Assembly (NCBI GenBank): GCA_010093605.1
Contig: MU004187.1
Coordinates: 682,001-746,000, forward strand
Length of the DNA stretch: 64,000 bases
Source of the DNA: Lophium mytilinum
Lineage: Eukaryota
Direction of reading: 5' to 3'
In this document: piece after piece, positions 36,805 to 47,729 of the stretch
Layout: each line of letters opens with the position of its first letter
Position numbering within the stretch: position 1 is the stretch's first letter
The notes under the pieces: model-generated
What the model was told of the DNA's origin: nothing
Databases searched by the model: none
The model's input: only the letters and a program-made list of their open reading frames with translations
Program-made: the position numbers and the translations under genes

Positions 36805-38361
36805 TCAAACGAGCGCGGCAAGGGCCATCGCGCCGGCGAAGAACGCAGCGGCAGCGGGAGTGGCCCTGGCGTTGGCAGCTCCAGTGAACTGGCTAGGGGC
36901 CGGGGCAGTGGAAGATGGGCTCGTGTAGACGGGGATAGACGCCGACGGGACGAAAGTCGGGGCGACGTAGGTAGAGGGAGAAGACGCAGGGGGAGGAACC
37001 ACGACCACGGGAGTGGATGCTGGAGGAGGCACCGGTGCGTAGGTAGATAGCGGAGGAACCACGACCGAGGGAGTGGATGCTGGAGGAGGTACCGGCGCGT
37101 AGGTTGATAGCGGAGGCACCACGACCGAGGGAGTGGATGCTGGAGGAGGCACCGGCGCGTAGGTGGATGGGGGAGCGACCGGGCTGGATGGAGGAGGAAC
37201 CGGGACGAGGGTAGTCGCCGGAGGCGCCGGGTAGCTAGTCGGGCAGACCGTGGTGTAGATGCTTGTAGTGACCGTGGTGACCGTGGAGGTGTACGTAGTG
37301 CCAGACGAAGTAATCGTGATGACGCTAGTGCAGGGAACGGTCACGGTAGTGACGGTGGTGATCGTGGTGTAGACGGTCTCCGGTGGCGGGGGAGGAGTGT
37401 AAACCGGGGTAGACTCGCAGGGAGTGGTGGACGGGGGTGGCGGGGGAGGAGTGTAGACCGAAGTAGGGTAAAAGGTCGAGCTTGGCGGTGGGGGAGGAGT
37501 GAACACGCTGGAGTTCCAGGGAATGGTGTACGGTGGTGGGGGAGGAGTGAAGATGCTGGTCGGGTAGTAGACTGAGCTGGGCGTAGAGCTGGGAGTCTCG
37601 CTGGACTCGCAAGGAGTCGATGAAGGAGGTGGAGGAGGGGTGTAGACCGAAGTGGGGTAGTAGGTCGTGCTTGGTGGAGGTGGGGGAGGAGTGCTGGTCT
37701 CGCAAGGAGTCGAGCTCTCCGGCGGTGGGGGAGGAGGAGTGTAAATGGAAGACGGGGATGAAGTCGGGTAGTAGACTGAGGTAGTGGTCTCGTTGCAAGG
37801 AGTCGTGTACGGGGGAGGTGGGGGAGGCGTGTACACGCTGGTCGGGTAGTAAACCGAGCTGGGCGTAGAGCTTGGGGTTTCCGAGGTCTCGCAAGGAGTG
37901 GAAGACGGAGGTGGGGGAGGAGTGTACACGCTGGTCGGGTAGTAGACCGAGCTAGAGCTCCAGGTCGTTGGGTAGTAGACTGAGCTCCAGGTCGTTGGGT
38001 AGTAGACCGAGCTGGGCGTAGAACTGGGAGTGGACGACGGAGTTGGCGTCGGGGTCTCGCTGCTTTCGCATGGAGTAGACGAGGGGGTCGGAGTGGGAGT
38101 GTAGACCGACGAAGGAGTCGAAGACGGGGTGTAGACTGGCGATGGAGTCTCGGATGTCTCACATGGCGTCGACGATGGAGTCGGCACGTAGACGGACGAA
38201 GGAGTCGGCGTTGGTGTCTCCGAAGACTCACACGGCGTAGTAGGATAACCTCCAGTTGGGTAAGGGTGCTCTCCTCCTGGGTAGTAGCCTTCGCCTCCAG
38301 CGATAGGGGTGGCAACAGCAACGCCCAGCAGGGCCAAAAGCGAAAGTGTTACTTTAACCAT
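36805..38361 (-). CDS. Secreted Pro/Ser/Thr-rich repetitive cell-wall protein, probably GPI-anchored
   Basis: Signal peptide MVKVTLSLLALLGVAVA; repeats STPCE(T/S), SVYYPT, YTPPPPP; C-terminal FTGAA followed by a hydrophobic tail typical of fungal GPI signals. Confidence 0.9.
   Translation of the reverse strand: MVKVTLSLLALLGVAVATPIAGGEGYYPGGEHPYPTGGYPTTPCESSETPTPTPSSVYVPTPSSTPCETSETPSPVYTPSSTPSSVYTPTPTPSSTPCESSETPTPTPSSTPSSTPSSVYYPTTWSSVYYPTTWSSSSVYYPTSVYTPPPPPSSTPCETSETPSSTPSSVYYPTSVYTPPPPPPYTTPCNETTTSVYYPTSSPSSIYTPPPPPPESSTPCETSTPPPPPPSTTYYPTSVYTPPPPPSSTPCESSETPSSTPSSVYYPTSIFTPPPPPYTIPWNSSVFTPPPPPSSTFYPTSVYTPPPPPPSTTPCESTPVYTPPPPPETVYTTITTVTTVTVPCTSVITITSSGTTYTSTVTTVTTSIYTTVCPTSYPAPPATTLVPVPPPSSPVAPPSTYAPVPPPASTPSVVVPPLSTYAPVPPPASTPSVVVPPLSTYAPVPPPASTPVVVVPPPASSPSTYVAPTFVPSASIPVYTSPSSTAPAPSQFTGAANARATPAAAAFFAGAMALAALV
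36984..37168 (-). repeat. 60-bp coding tandem repeat x ~3 (STYAPVPPPASTPSVVVPP)
   Basis: Lines 36961, 37021, 37081 and 37141 align in register with only a few substitutions. Confidence 0.9.
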
Positions 38362-41300
38362 GATGATGGATCACAACAATGTGAGTTGGAGTTGACTGCG
38401 ATTGAACGATGGTCGAGTCTGATATAAACGATGGAAACAGAAGAACCGTAGCGAGCGAGTTCTTGCTGGTTTGGGGGGTTGGGGGATGCGAACGGGTGGC
38501 TGGGTACCAAACAGATGCACTGGAGAAGAGCCTCAAATGTGGGAGGAGGTTGGCTCTATATGCACTTTGGAACCAGGCCAGGCAGGGCTCCGGATATCGG
38601 GCTGCCCCCGTGCTTGGAGCATGCTGCCGTGTTCAGGTTGCATGTGCCAAGGGAAGCTTGTGGGCTCTGACGTTGAGCCTCTGGTGAAGAAATAGTGATC
38701 TCCCTGGGTCCGGCTCCTTTGTGGAGGAGCTCCGGCATGACGGCCAGGCGCAAGCTGCCACATGGAGCGTAGGTTTCCGTGAGTACGGACAGAGCGGTCG
38801 TGGGTGCCCGGGCGGGTTGTGCTGGCGAGCGCGGGCCTCGTGGTGGTGAGAGTTCGTATCGATAGGCATAGGGCCAGGGGAGGATACGCTAGACTACTGC
38901 AGGCCGGCCGACGAACCAATTGCTGAGACAACGGTTGGCAGCCATGGCAACGCGGGCTGTAGGACGATGCATTGCGCAGGGATAGCGGCAGGTACTGGGT
39001 AGCGTTGCCTGACTATCGCCCTGCCCCTCACGCCAATTGCGCGGGAAAACCTGCATGGCCAGTCCCTGCGGCCTGCAAGCCCAATAAATAAACCACTCAT
39101 GAGATGCTGATGAAGAGGACATGGACTGAGGATGCTGGAGGCAGCAGAATCGAAGGAAATGCAGCACACTGACGCCGTACTCGCCAGCAAAACACACGAT
39201 AGGACAGCGCCGCTCGCTGCATGAATTTAATAGTTACCCAAAGCAGTCACCCTCTGTCGTGTCTGGCGGCGCCGCGCTGGCGATGATGCAACAGCCACCC
39301 ACCAGCAAACGGTCGGCTGGATCTACCCATGTCTCGCACAGTTCACTGGGAGACACGTGCCTAGCCTTGTTTTTCCTCGGTCTTCGGGTGGCTGAAGTAA
39401 AAATAGATAGATAGACGGGTCGATCTTTGCCGGCAAGTGACAGGTGACAGCACCGTTGGGCTGCCCTCGTCCACGACACCCATCACTGAAGCGTTCTGCG
39501 AGCAGCGATGGAGAAAGGAGGCCGGACAGGCGGTCAGGACAGGCACAGAAACCGCCTTTAGGCTCTGGTTGCTGTGCAACGCAGGCACTCCAGTCCGTCG
39601 AGCTGCAGGGCAGCACTGCTTCGACGGCCTCAGCTCCGGTGCACCATTCATCGGAGGCGGGCGGATCCAACATTCGACTCGACCTGCTGCGAGAGCCAGC
39701 CCCAGCGTCGCTTGACTGGTGAGGTTGCATGGCGGGTTTATCGGAAAGCAAGGTTCAGGGGCGTGCATGGAGAAGTGGAGAAGAAGAAGGCTGGAAGAGG
39801 CAGAGGGCGGGGACGCTGAGGTTGGTCCCAGCCCGAGCCCCCGCCGAGTGGCTAGCACTCGTTGGCTCTCACCCCTCGCCGAAGAAACACCATCGTCCGC
39901 CATCACGATGCATCGCTAGGCACTCCTTTTCCCTAGCACATCGCGGCACACCACGCTGCTGTTTTGTGTTCCTGCGTCCGTCGTTGACAACCATGGTACC
40001 GCAGGAACCCGTCGTTCCAAGTGACGAAATTTCAGGAGACACCTTCAGAATAAGTCAGTGAACGAGAATTCGGCGGCCACTCCGTCCTGCAGCTCTCCGC
40101 TCGCCGCAGAGGTACATCCGACACATGTCTCTCAGCTCAGCTCTTCGATTCGCGTGCCTGAGGGCATTTGTGGGTCGTTCCTCTGTCGGCACGAGCAGTG
40201 TACCCCTGTGATTCGTCGCATCGCACTGAAGACCACATCCCTGAGTTTAAAACATTCCGCTCTCGCACTCTGCTAGCAGGGATGATTTCTTCTGCTGCAT
40301 CATGCTCAGTCAGATCGGCCGTCGACAGACCAGGCTCTCCACTTGCAGAGTTCTTCATGACTTCTGCCGTGTGGACGCCAGCCCAGAACCTAGGCCACCC
40401 CGCAGGAGTCAAGGAGTCGGCGGTACCTTATCGCCTCCACCAGGTGATAATTGCTGACTCTGTGTGTGCCGAGCAGCTTTTCGACTCGTCAAAGCCGCCC
40501 GAAAAAAACAATACCTCAGAAACCTGTTTGCTGGCACTGGCTGCTGTTCGCCTTATTGAAATGCCTCTTCGGGTCATTTCCGGGCAACAGAATAGAATGC
40601 CAGTAGCTTGGCGCATTTTGTATTACAATGCCAGAAAACGCCATATAGACAATAAAGGACCGAGGCCATGCTAATACAGGCCTAGAAGCTAGCTTCTAGG
40701 CTTAATTAAGCACACCCCCCGTCCTCTACTATCTATAAGGCGTTTTCTAGCATTACATAACTATATATAGGCCTTAGCGTAGTATTAAACCTTAATTTTA
40801 TAATATATATAATTAGCCGCTGCCGGCGCACCTCTATATAATATAAGAAAATTAATAAAATTAGCCTAGTATACTCTAACTAAGGGAAAATAGCCTATAG
40901 GACTGTAAAAACGGCCTATATTCTCTAGTATTAGCATCTAAATATATAGAAATAGATAAAAACTCTATTTCTCTATTAAAAATTATCTAATTTTAATTAA
41001 AATTAAATAGTTAGAAAGCCTCTATACTTATACCTACTATATGTATTATACTCTATTTCTCTGCAGATTCTATACTTATTTCTAATAGTCGCCCTTTTAT
41101 CTAAATAGTAGTTACTAAATTACTTTCTTTTATACTATATAGGGCCTAATTACTTCTTCTTTAAAGGTAGAAGAGAGGTAGAACTTAGTAGAAGGTTATT
41201 AACTCTTATAGGCTATATTATATAATATTCTAGTAAGCCCTCTATAAGTATAGAGGCGTAGCTATTCCTCTATATATAGGTTTTATATATATAGCTGTAG

Positions 41301-41773
41301 TAGCTACCTACACGCCTACCTATAATATAGATAATAGCTATTATATAGTAGTAAGAAAACTAGTAATTTTAAAACTCTCTATAGGTGTATTTCTTTCTAT
41401 TAAGCCTTATAATATACACTATAGTATTAAAGTAATACTATACTATAGCCGCGTAGTTATAGTAATTAAATGCTATATATATATTTATCTAGTAGTAATA
41501 GCCTAAGGCCTTATAGAGGTTGCGCTTTAAAAGCTTCTACTTAAATAGTATAAAGAATAGAATATTACCCTATACTTTACCCGGCGGTAGCCTTATAAGC
41601 TTAATAGAATAAGCTATAGCTATAGTATATCTCTTAGCGCGTATCTCTATTACGCGGCCCTATAGCAATACTAAAAGGTGCAAAGTTAATAGCTCTTAGT
41701 TATTCCTAATTATTAAATTAAAGGACTTATTCGCGCTGCTTATAATATAGCCGAAGCGCATAGTAATAATATT

Positions 41774-44700
41774 AGGCAATAGAATAGAATACTAGTAGCT
41801 TAGCGTATTTTATATTATAATGCTAGAAAATACTATATAGATAATAAAGGACTAAGGCTATACTAATATAGGCCTAGAAGCTAGCTTCTAGGCTTAATTA
41901 AGTATACCCTCTATTCTCTACTATCTATAAGGTGTTTTCTAGTATTATATAACTATATATAGGCTTTAGTATAGTATTAAGGCCTTACTTTTATATATAG
42001 GCCTATATATAATATATAGCTTATTATACTACTAGTTATATTACTAGTATTCTTATAAGCTACTAGCCTATTAATACAGCCTTAAATATAGCAGGCTTCT
42101 AGCTGCATATTTTTAATAGATAGGCGCCTCTAAGGCCCTTCTAGAGGCGCTTAATAAGCGCCTAAACTATCTAAATAGGTAATAGATATATAGGTTAAGT
42201 TATTAAAAATATAGGTAAGCTGCCACGCTATAGAAAGCTATAGAGAAGTAGATTTAATAGCTTTATAGGCCTTATCTAGTTAGAAGAGCTCTAGACTATA
42301 TTTTATAGTAGCTATACTAAGAAATTATCTATCTATCTTTCTACACTATATTAGTAATAAAAAAGTAATAAAAAATTAATAGATTTTAATACTATAAAGC
42401 TATAAAAACTTACTATATAGAGGCCCTTCTTATGCCTTTTTAAAGGCCTTAATTTATTCTTTCTAGCTTATATAGCCTCTTATATAGCCTTACTATTATT
42501 CTATAGCCTTACTATTAAGCTTTATACTTTTTATTCTCTCTATTATTATTACTATAGAGTCCTCTAGTATTCCTTAGATTAGTAAGGCCTATAGTACCTT
42601 CTAGAAGATTAAGGAGATCTACTATAAGGTTACTATAGAGAAAGAATAGAGAATTAAGATTCTTATAAGTAATAGAACTTAAATTAACCTATAATATAGT
42701 ACTACTATGCTATACCTATAGTATCTCTATATAACTTAGTAAGTTAATAACACTATAGAGGTTTAAAAGCTTACTAATAAGTATTACTATATTAGCGCGC
42801 CCTCTCTAAAGTGTATAGAGCAGTTATAATTAATATACTTAGTAGAGAATCTCCCTCTTCTTAGCTTTATTACCTATAAGACGCTAATAGATAATATTTA
42901 GGCGCTGGCCTCTATATATCTAGAAGGCCTAATTAATAACTTCTAGGTGCGCCGGGCGTGCCTAATAATATATAGTAATAATAAGAGGTCTATAGAGAAT
43001 AACTATATAAAGATTCTAGAGTACTTAGAGCGCCTAGAGGTTAAAAATCCTAGTATTACTACTAATCTAGTCCTCTACCGCGGTGCCTTCTAGCGCGTCT
43101 TTATATACCCTAAGGAGAGTAGAACCTTTCTTATTTTTAGCCTTAACTAGCTTAGCTTTAATAGAATATATCTAAGAAATAGGTATAAGAATATAGTACT
43201 AATTATAATAGAAAGAGACTAGAATAATAAGGTTTATTTACTTACCTAGGCTATTATAGAGAGCAAGAATAATAAGACATAGGCATAGTTTATAAGGAAG
43301 CTAAAGAAAGCTCTACCGCAGCTTAATACGGCTGGAGTATAGACTATCTACTTATAAGTTTAATTTTTATTATTTATTAATAATTTTTAAGTGGATATCT
43401 ATGCATTTATTTATAGTAGGGATATTAAGTTAAAACGCGTTAATTTTAGTAAGAAATTATGTAGTTTATATATAAGGTTCTATTATAATAAATAATATAT
43501 AGATGTAAATAAAAATTATAATAGCCCCCTCTTAATTTCTATATACCTATTTATAATAGTATTTATACCTCTTAATTTCCTTCTATATACTTCTTAACGC
43601 CGCAGTTAATTTCTATACTAAATTTTATAGTTCCTGTAACTATACTATTCTTATTAATAGATCTATTAAAAATCTACCTACTTATACTATTTTTTTTATA
43701 GTAATTATAATAAAGGCCTCTAGAACACTATTAATAGCCTCTTTCCTTACTACTATAGTATCTACTGCGTTTAGCATCTATTAGAGAATATTAGGAAGCA
43801 CTATAGAACTACCTACTTAAAGCTCTTCTTTAAGCTTACTCTTACTGCTAACTAGGTTAAATTTAACGCCTTAATAGCTAAGATTATATTTCTTAGGCCT
43901 ACCGCCGCAGCCTATATTAAGGCTATAGACTTATACTAATAGGTAATAAAGAATATTATTACTATATACTTTAGCTATATTATAAGCGGCGCGAATAAGT
44001 CCTTTAATTTAATAATTAGGAATAACTAAGAGCTATTAACTTTGCACCTTTTAGTATTGCTATAGGGCCGCGTAATAGAGATGCGCGCTAAGAGATATAC
44101 TATAGCTATAGCTTATTCTATTAAGCTTATAAGGCTGCCGCCGGGTAAAGTATAGAGTAATATTCTATTCTTTATACTATTTAGGTAGAAGCTTTTAAAG
44201 CGTAACCTCTATAAGGCCTTAGACTATTACTACTAGATAAATATATATATAGTATTTAATTACTATAACTACACGGCTATAGTATAGTATTACTTTAACG
44301 CTATAGTGCATATTATAAGGCTTAATAGAAAGAAATACACCTATAGAGAGTTCTAAGATTACTAGTTTTCTTACTACTATATAATAGCTATTATCTATAT
44401 TATAGGCAGGCGTATAGGTAGCTACTGCGGCTATATATATAAAACCTATATATAGAGAAATAGCTACGCCTCTATACTTATAGAGGGCTTACTAGAATAT
44501 TATATAATATAGCCTATAAGAGTTAATAACCTTCTACTAAGTTTTATCTCTCTTCTACCTCTAAAGAAGAAGTAATTAGGCCCTATATAGTGTAAAAGAA
44601 AGTAATTTAGTAACCGCTATTTAGATAGAAGGGCGACTATTAGAAATAAGTATAGAATCTATAGAGAAATAGGGTATAATGCGCGTAGTAGGTATAAGTA

Positions 44701-45143
44701 TAAAGGCTTTCTAACTATTTAATTTTAATTAAAATTAGATAATTTTTAATAGAGAAATAGAGTTTTTATCTATTTCTATATATTTAGATGCTAATACTAG
44801 GGAATATAGGCCGTTTTTGCGGTTCTATAGGCTATTTTCCCTTAGTTAGAGTATACTAGGCTAGTTTTATTAATTTCCTTATATTATATAGAGGTGCGCC
44901 GGCAGCGGCTAATTATATATATTATAAAATTAAGGTTTAATACTACGCTAAGGCCTATATATAGTTATATAATACTAGAAAACACCTTATAGATAGTAGA
45001 GAATAGGGGGTATACTTAATTAAGCCTAGAAGCTAGCTTCTAGGCCTATATTAGTATAGCCTTAGTTCTTTATTATCTATATAGCGTTTTCTAGTATTAT
45101 AATATAAAATACGCTAAGCTACTAGTATTCTATTCTATTACCT
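41774..45143 (+). mobile_element. Mutator (MULE) DNA transposon, inner copy of the same family (3370 bp), opposite orientation
   Basis: RIP-mutated TIRs AGGCAATAG.. (41774) and ..CTATTACCT (45143); 9-bp TSD AATAATATT 41765-41773 / AATAATGTT 45144-45152; sequence is the reverse complement of the outer copy. Confidence 0.92.
42900..44410 (+). pseudogene. RIP-destroyed MULE transposase core (DDE region plus SWIM zinc finger) of the inner copy; bounds approximate
   Basis: Literal translation ERD*NNKVYLLT*AIIESKNNKT*A*F (~43211-43292), NKGL*N..FP..YCV*HLLEN (~43709-43790) and KYTYREF*DY*FSYYY (~44333-44380). Reversing C>T/G>A changes gives GRDxNNxxYLLAWAxVESExxxxWxWF, SDRDKGL..CxxH and CTCxxFQxxxxPCxH, which are MULE/SWIM motifs. 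Confidence 0.85.
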
Positions 45144-47729
45144 AATAATGTTCTTTATTACCTATTAGTGTAAGTCTATAGCCTTAATATAGGCTATAGT
45201 AGTAGGCCTAAGAAATATAATCTTAGCTATTAAGGCGTTAAATTTAACCTAGTTAGCGGCAAGGGTAAGCTTAAAGAAGAGCTTTAAGTAGGCAGTTCTA
45301 TAGTGCTTTCTAATATTCTCTAATAGATACTAAACGCAGTAGATACTATAGTAGTAAGAAAGAAGGCTATTAATAGTATTCTAGAGGCCTTTATTATAAT
45401 TACTATAAAAAAAATAGTATAAGTAGGTAGATTTTTAATAGATTTATTAATAAAAATAGTGTAGTTGCGGGGACTATAAAATTTAGTATAGAAATTAACT
45501 GCGGCGTTAAGGAGTATATAGAAGGAAATTAAGAGGTATAGATACTATTATAAACGGGCGTATAGAAATTAAGAGGGGGCTATTATAATTTTTATTTATA
45601 TCTATATATTATTTATTATAATAGAACCTTATGTATAAACTATATAATTTCTTACTAAAATTAACGCATTTTAACTTAATATCTCTACTATAAATAAATG
45701 CATAGATATCTACTTAAAAATTATTAATAAATAATAAAAATTAAACTTATAAGTAGATAGTCTATACTCCGGCTGTATTAAGCTATAGTAGAGCTTTCTT
45801 TAGCTTTCTTATAAACTACGCCTATATCTTATTATTCTTGCTCTCTATAATAGCCTAGGCAAGTAGATAGACCTTATTATTCTAGTCTCTTTCTATTATA
45901 ATTAGTACTATATTCTTATACCTATTTCTTAGGTATATTTTATTAAGGCCGAGCTAGTTAAAACTAAAGATAAGAAAGGTTCTACTCTTCTTAGAGTATA
46001 TAAAGACGCGCTAGAAGGCACTATAGTAGAGAACTAAATTAGTAGTAATACTAGAATTTTTAACCTCTAGGCGCTCTAAGTACTCTAGAATCTTTATATA
46101 GTTATTCTCTATAGACCTCTTATTATTGCTGCATATTATTAGGCGCGCCTAGCGCGCCTAGAAGTTATTAATTAGGCCTTCTAGGTATATAGAGGCTAGC
46201 ACCTAAATATTACCTATTAGCGTCTTATAGGTAATAGAGCTAAGAAAAGAAAGATTCTCTATTAAGTATATTAATCGCGACTACTCTATATACTTTAGAG
46301 GGGGCGCGCTAATATAGTAATACTTATTAGTAAGCTTTTAAACCTCTATAGTATTATTAACTTACTAAGTTATATAGAGACGCTATAGATATAGTATAGT
46401 AGCACTATATTATAGATTAATTTAAGTTCTATTACTTATAAGAATCTTAATTCTCTATCCTTTCTCTATAGTAACCTTATAGTAGATCTTCTTAATCTTC
46501 TAGAAGGTACTATAGGCCTTACTAACCTAAGAAATACTAGAGGACTCTATAGTAATAATAATAGAGAGAATAGAAAGTATAAAGCTTAATAGTAAGGCTA
46601 TAGAATAATAGTAAAGCTATATAAGAGGCTATATAAGCTAGAAAGAATAAATTAAGGCCTCTAAAAAGGTATAAAAAGGGCCTCTATATAGTAAGTTCTT
46701 ATAGCTTTATAGTATTAAAATCTATTAATTTTTTATTACTTTTTTATTACTAATATAGCGTAGAAAAATAGATAGATAATTCCTTAGTATAGCTACTATA
46801 AAATATAGTCTAGAGCTCTTCTAACTAGATAAGGCCTATAAAGCTATTAAATCTACTTCTCTATAGCTTTCTATAGTATAGTAGCTTACCTATATTCTTA
46901 ATAACTTAATCTATATATTTATTACCTATTTAGGTAGTTTAAGTACTTATTAAGCGCCTCTAGAAGAGCCTTAGAGGCGCCTATCTATTAGAAATATATA
47001 GCTAGAAGCCTACTACATTTAAGGCTATATTAATAGGCTAGTAGCTTATAAGAATACTAGTAATATAACTAGTAGTATAATAAGCTATATATTATATATA
47101 GGCCTATATATAAGAGTAAGGCCTTAATACTATACTAAGGCCTATATATAGTTATGTAATACTAGAAAACACCTTATAGATAGTAGAGAACGGGGGGTAT
47201 ACTTAATTAAGCCTAGAAGCTAGCTTCTAGGCCTATATTAGTATGGCCTCGGTCCTTTATTATCTATGTGGCGTTTTCTGGCATTATAATATGAAATGCG
47301 CCAAGCTACTGGCATTCTATTCTGTTGCCCGTCATTTCCTCTTGTTAGCTCGCCTTCTCGTATTCTTGCCACGCACTTTGGCATCTCTCCAGTCAGCTGT
47401 CATTTTTGTGGTTCTTATTCTTAGCTCAACAAGGCTGGCAGTCGATCGGAGCTCGTAAACATGCTTTTCCAGGCCCATGCAATTATTGTCTGTCTCCAAG
47501 ACTCCAAGGATGCTCGTTGGGCTGTTCTTTATCCCCACTTACCTTACCCTTCTCCTCCGCTCCAAGTCATTCGACCATCGTCATCGGTGTCTGTGTCTCT
47601 GGCCAGTGCTCGTAGAATCCATGCTGAACCCTCTTTTTTTGCATGCATCGCACGAACTGCGCAGATGGTACCTGCACCAGGAACTGCCGGACTCCCGGCG
47701 GGGAGCTCAGGGCAGATGCTCGCTATGCC

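Larger units (their letters stand above)
40582..47330 (-). mobile_element. Mutator (MULE) DNA transposon, outer copy (3370 bp net), RIP-inactivated and split by a nested copy
   Basis: ~205-bp terminal inverted repeats starting GGGCAACAG (40582) and ending CTGTTGCCC (47330); perfect 9-bp TSD GTCATTTCC at 40573-40581 and 47331-47339. Confidence 0.93.

Noticed and set aside
40582..47330. Centromere, organellar insertion or LTR retroelement as explanation for the AT-rich block
   Set aside because: The block is fully accounted for by two TIR-bounded copies with 9-bp TSDs and MULE motifs; repeats are inverted, not direct.
40428..47538. A host gene interrupted by the transposon
   Set aside because: Joining the flanks at the TSD gives no convincing ORF; the right flank is best read as DML1 3' untranslated/intergenic sequence.
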